A stretch of DNA of 10,763 nucleotides from Paraspadella gotoi (taxonomy: Eukaryota > Animalia > Chaetognatha), in NCBI GenBank assembly GCA_051294375.1, contig JBJCIZ010001308.1:1-10763 (forward strand). The letters run 5' to 3'. Both the position numbers and the translations under genes were made by a program. The notes beneath the pieces are model-generated. The model saw only the letters and a list, made by a program, of their open reading frames with translations. It made no database searches and was not told the DNA's origin. Shown in pieces: positions 8,474 to 10,763 of this stretch. Position 1 is the first letter of the stretch; every line of letters starts with the position of its first letter.

Positions 8474-8778
8474 GCTACCACCCTACCGCTAAACACCTCT
8501 AACCATAACCCGCTGAAGATACCCTCGAAACACTCCCCTAAACGCTGACCCTAACCCTAAACCTACTCTAACCCTAATATCCTAATGGGCCTAACCCCTA
8601 ACCCTAACCTTCGTTATACTTACATCCTAACCCTCAAACGTCCACTTTTAACACTGACCCCATATCCCTAACCTTATTACCACTAACCCTAACCTCCTTA
8701 AACTATACTTGCCTCAACTTTTACAAGCAATTTCATTACCCTAAACGACCATATAAGTCCTAACTCCCCCTCAAACCA
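8474..8778 (+). repeat. Interstitial telomere-type (CCCTAA)n tract, ~300 bp, degenerate
   Basis: Many CCCTAA/CTAACC units (accctaaccctaaacc ~8548; cctaacccctaaccctaacc 8590-8609; ctaaccctaacc ~8683) in a strongly G-poor stretch. Confidence 0.85.
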
Positions 8779-8781
8779 CTC

Positions 8782-9905
8782 TGTGGGATTTTTGCCTAAG
8801 TGAATAAATACTGTTCCAGCGATTATTTAGCCACCTTTTATGCGGACGCAGAACGCAGATAATAATATAATTTCACATTCGAAACATACCTTCTAAACAT
8901 AATTCTAATTCCGATAATAAATTGAATTAAAATAATAAAAAGGGACGACGTACTTCGGTCTGAGACTATCGTGTTGACCCGTTCTAAAGCAATAGTACTA
9001 CAGGTCCGCCCTCTTCAACCCATCGTCCCGCCACCAGTCGGGTAGTTATGCGCTAATTTACTTCGAAGATTCTATATATAGGATCGTGTTCTGCTGGATA
9101 TAACGACATATACCTTTATTGATTTTGTGTATTACATAACAACTTGAAACAATCTGATTCGAGTTTGATTTTAACAGCTGATTCTACTTAATTGTTATAT
9201 GATTCATCCAGCTTTGCACTAAAGTCTTCGAATATTACAAAAGCATAGAAGATATACTTTACTATAAGGAGGACCTCCGCTGGTATCTTATAATCTAAAG
9301 CCTGAGGTAGCATAGAGTCCTCCTAGATTCGAGTTTCCATTTAAGCTTACCATATATTTATCATTGTTATCTCGTTAATCCCAGATTAATTACTTCTCGC
9401 ATTATTTGTAATTCCCATATCACATTACAAAATTGCTATGTGTGAGTTGGGCAAAATAGCAGATGGAGAATATCTATAATGCCTTATGAATATGTATTTA
9501 TAAGTTAAGTGTCAACTTGAATTATATACTGATAAGCATTAATCCCCATGGCAATTTGGATTTCACTCCGAACGCTTTATATCAACCAAGATTACAAAGA
9601 CTAATTCTCGCCTATAAATGATATAATTGTGGAGTACCGAGCTTCGAGTTTCACTCGCAAGTGACCACTCGTATTCTGCGAACGAGCCGATGTAGCGCCA
9701 TTCAAGAACGTGCAGCGCACTGGTCCGGGTAGAGGCGGATGCTCAGCATAGCGGCGCCTCCCGTTCCTCTCAATCGATTTCTATACATAATGATTCAACT
9801 AGTCCCGGTACCTTGGCCAGAATCGCTCGCGTACGAAAGTGTTTATGAATTACCAGCCTCTCGATAGCGTCAAGAGTGAGTTTTTTAATTCTTCCCGCTA
9901 TCTAC
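8782..9905 (-). repeat. Right arm of the long-range inverted repeat (partner 505-1473)
   Basis: Reverse complement aligns collinearly with 505-1473 using the anchors listed for the left arm. It begins right after the CCCTAA tract. Confidence 0.9.
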
Positions 9906-10529
9906 ATTGAGATTGAATCCACGGATCCTGACGAGGAATTCTCATAATTCTCAACTTCTTTCTGGTTACTATTTATACACCAACTATTATCTATAGATCA
10001 ATGAGCGAGCCTCGGAGACTGTCTATAGACTCCTCTATTTCGTCCTAGTCCACTCGAAAGCTCTTCGTCAGAGAGTCCCAGAGATCGGCAGAGAGGTATT
10101 GAGAACGCATACTCACGTCTGAGATGAATTTATATGCACGGTGAACCACAATCCAGGGGCGTCGTGGCGTTCATCGTTTTCATCCCTAGGCTGACGTCTC
10201 CAGCTGGTAAGGGTATTTGCTGTACGCTACCTTTCCAAACCCGGCCAACTGTCGCCCAACCGCTGCGAAGACTCGCTCACGGCATCTCGCCCTCTCACCT
10301 ACACATTCAATCGACATAGGCACACGGCCTCGACAACGTCGACCGAAGACGGAGGCGCTCCGCGCAGCCTTGCGACGGCCCTCAAGGCACCGGAGAAGAA
10401 CGAGAAAACCAGAAAGATCTGCATGGCCTTCGAATCTCCAAAAGATATTGAACAGATGGTGGATTCGAAAGAGTCGAGACCGTAAATCGCTCGCCTTTAT
10501 CGCGCGGCTCAAATAATTAGAGCGACAGG

Positions 10530-10763
10530 AGGAAAATTTGCCCATCTTGACTCCAGATTAGGCGTGACGCTAATGACACTGCGCGCTATCAACTGACCTT
10601 TTATACTGGCGATCCAAACACGAGGCCAACTGGCGGCGTTCGTGGCCATCTCCGTAGGAATATGGACAGACTAGTCGACATCAGGCCGGACACCCTAACT
10701 GTCTCGGACGTAGCGTCTCCAGAGACGGCCAACGACCTCTCAAAACATCTCGCAAGGCCTATG
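10530..10763 (+). pseudogene. Coding remnant of unknown protein (ORF Y, right copy), runs off the window end
   Basis: Open frame ...LRRNMDRLVDIRPDTLTVSDVASPETANDLSKHLARPM to the window edge, with codon-level similarity to 60-300 (-). It may begin further upstream (~10100). Confidence 0.45.

Noticed and set aside
505-9905. Inverted arms as gypsy LTRs, DNA-transposon TIRs or a fold-back read artefact
   Set aside because: LTRs are direct repeats. The arms end at telomere tracts rather than at shared termini with a TSD. The intervening 7 kb is not palindromic, and the copies differ by codon-conservative substitutions.
9928-9956. Hammerhead-like CTGACGA plus stem ggaatt/aattct; similar CTGATGA words at 7417 (+) and 8166-8172 (-)
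   Set aside because: The required GAAA after stem II and stems I/III are missing; none can be supported without cleaner sequence.
10128-10190. YMHGEPQSRGVVAFIV resembling the SRGVAIL motif of LINE AP endonucleases (also GGV.AISV near 10632)
   Set aside because: No supporting N.RG, LQET, GDFN or SDH motifs were found at sensible spacing; too weak to call, though worth a profile search.

Overview
This is eukaryotic repetitive DNA, probably from an invertebrate animal, with no intact host gene. (1) The centre (~1700-6400, minus strand) is a GC-rich Ty3/Gypsy LTR retrotransposon body of the CsRn1-like type. It has a gag C-terminus with a CHCC zinc knuckle, a -1 frameshift signal (G GGA AAC plus a predicted H-type pseudoknot), a clean protease-RT frame, and indel-riddled RNase H and integrase. 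No LTRs are recognisable. (2) 6481-7178 looks like a non-autonomous Helentron (HINE/DINE-1-like): two ~170-bp tandem units, a GGAC microsatellite and a 3' hairpin. (3) The two ends of the window are inverted, diverged copies of one unidentified element: 505-1473 matches the reverse complement of 8782-9905, and ~60-300 matches that of ~10530-10745. It appears to carry two divergently oriented coding remnants. Each copy of the shared unit directly follows a (CCCTAA)n telomere-type tract (433-504 and 8474-8778), but at opposite ends of the unit. This telomere-associated element is the best candidate for something undescribed. Much of the sequence has a high indel density suggestive of unpolished long-read data, so pseudogene calls and boundaries are provisional. 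All alignments were made by eye.
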